From: Malacoraja senta
Lineage: Eukaryota
DNA: 64,000 bases
Assembly (NCBI GenBank): GCA_038087875.1
Contig: CM075997.1
Span: forward strand, 4,156,001 to 4,220,000
Direction: 5' to 3'
Shown: piece by piece, positions 63,105 through 64,000 of the stretch
Position numbering within the stretch: the stretch's first letter is position 1
How the letters are laid out: each line of letters opens with the position of its first letter
The notes under the pieces: generated by a model
Seen by the model: the letters and a program-made list of their open reading frames with translations, nothing else
The model's database searches: none
What the model was told of the DNA's origin: nothing
Program-made: the position numbers and the translations under genes

Positions 63105-63443
63105 CAGTGTGAAGGAAGGTCCCGACCCCAAATGCCACAATTCCTTATCTCCAGAGATGCGACCTGACCCGCTGAGTTACTCTAGCAGTTTGTGTCTATC
63201 TTTGGTGTAAACCAGCATCTGCAGTTCCTTCCTACACATTGCCTACTCCACTGCAAAATCTCGTCAAGGTATACTTACCATGAAGAGGTCTCCTCCTCTC
63301 TCCTGACTCAGTCTGAAGAAGGGTCCCAACCCGAAACGTCACCTGTTCCTTTTCTCCAGAGATGGTGCCTGACCCGCTGAGTTACTCTCGCATTTTGTGT
63401 CTATCTTCGGTGTAAACCAGCACATCTGTAGTTCTTTCCTACA
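63105..63443 (+). mobile_element. Two tandem Penelope-like short elements; the second carries an intact minimal hammerhead core
   Basis: cagt CTGAAGA agggtcccaaccc GAAA cg TC acctg at 63309-63345, followed by the family body. Confidence 0.7.
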
Positions 63444-63949
63444 CAAGTTATTTACATTTGCAGATCTATTTTGAATGAAGTAATCTTGAATGATAATGCT
63501 TCAAATTTACTGAGGCAATTTACAAAGAAACAAAATTAAATTCACTCCAGAGACTGAACTCAGGGAGGCTGGCATCATGGAACTATTAGAAAGAAACCCT
63601 GCACAAACCTAATCCTACCTCATCAACAGAATACCAGAGACCACCTCTTGCAATACCATGGACCTGTTTTCCATGCTATGCAGTTCTATGACTTGCATTC
63701 ATCCTCCATTTTCCAATATTATTTTGGTAAGAGACCAATAATACTCTCAAGTGGGACTTGCTTACCGACACTAAATTAAAAGCAAATAGCCTCAGCCATT
63801 ATTGAGACTGGCTCAAATACACACACAGGAGCTATACAGAGGGAAATAACAAAGTATAGCATCAAGGAGCTAATAACAAACTAAACAGGTGAATCTTTCT
63901 CCTTGCTGGAAACTGGGCAAGGGAGATTTCCTTTAAATTGAAGAATTTA

Positions 63950-64000
63950 AGGGCCTGTCCCACTTTCACGACCTCTGCCGAGTTTGACCATACTCGCAGC
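63950..64000. mobile_element. Left end of a PIF/Harbinger-like MITE
   Basis: tta followed by AGGGCCTGTCCCACTT, the same TIR as at 53617. Confidence 0.6.

Noticed and set aside
63720..63830. Donor-like gtaag at about 63761-63765 as the next upstream hnRNP L exon
   Set aside because: The adjacent sequence does not encode the expected RRM2 peptide (…GCCTLKIEYAK), so that exon must lie beyond the window.

Overview
Repeat-rich vertebrate genomic DNA. The CR1, Rex/Babar, V-SINE-like and Penelope-like repeat content suggests a cartilaginous fish, probably a skate or ray; this is inference. The right half (about 31.1-63.1 kb) holds the 3' part of an hnRNP L-family gene on the minus strand. It has 8 canonical coding exons covering the end of RRM2, the Pro-rich linker, RRM3 and RRM4, and the 5' exons lie beyond the window. 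The gene also has a stop-containing exon matching the autoregulatory poison exon 6A, inside an unusually transposon-free intron, and a candidate in-frame 21-nt micro-exon in RRM4. The left half is intergenic: a 200-N gap, a near-intact invertebrate-type CR1-like LINE, and a three-copy tandem array (9.7-28.5 kb) whose middle copy is a recombinant of the outer two. The most unusual signals are candidate self-cleaving RNA motifs in short retroelements. These are a roughly 130-nt element beginning exactly at G1 of a minimal HDV/CPEB3-like ribozyme (reconstructed from two defective copies), Penelope-type minimal hammerheads in hairpin elements, and a possible permuted hammerhead in a Hero-like 3' UTR. 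Repeat boundaries without a stated target-site duplication (TSD) are approximate.
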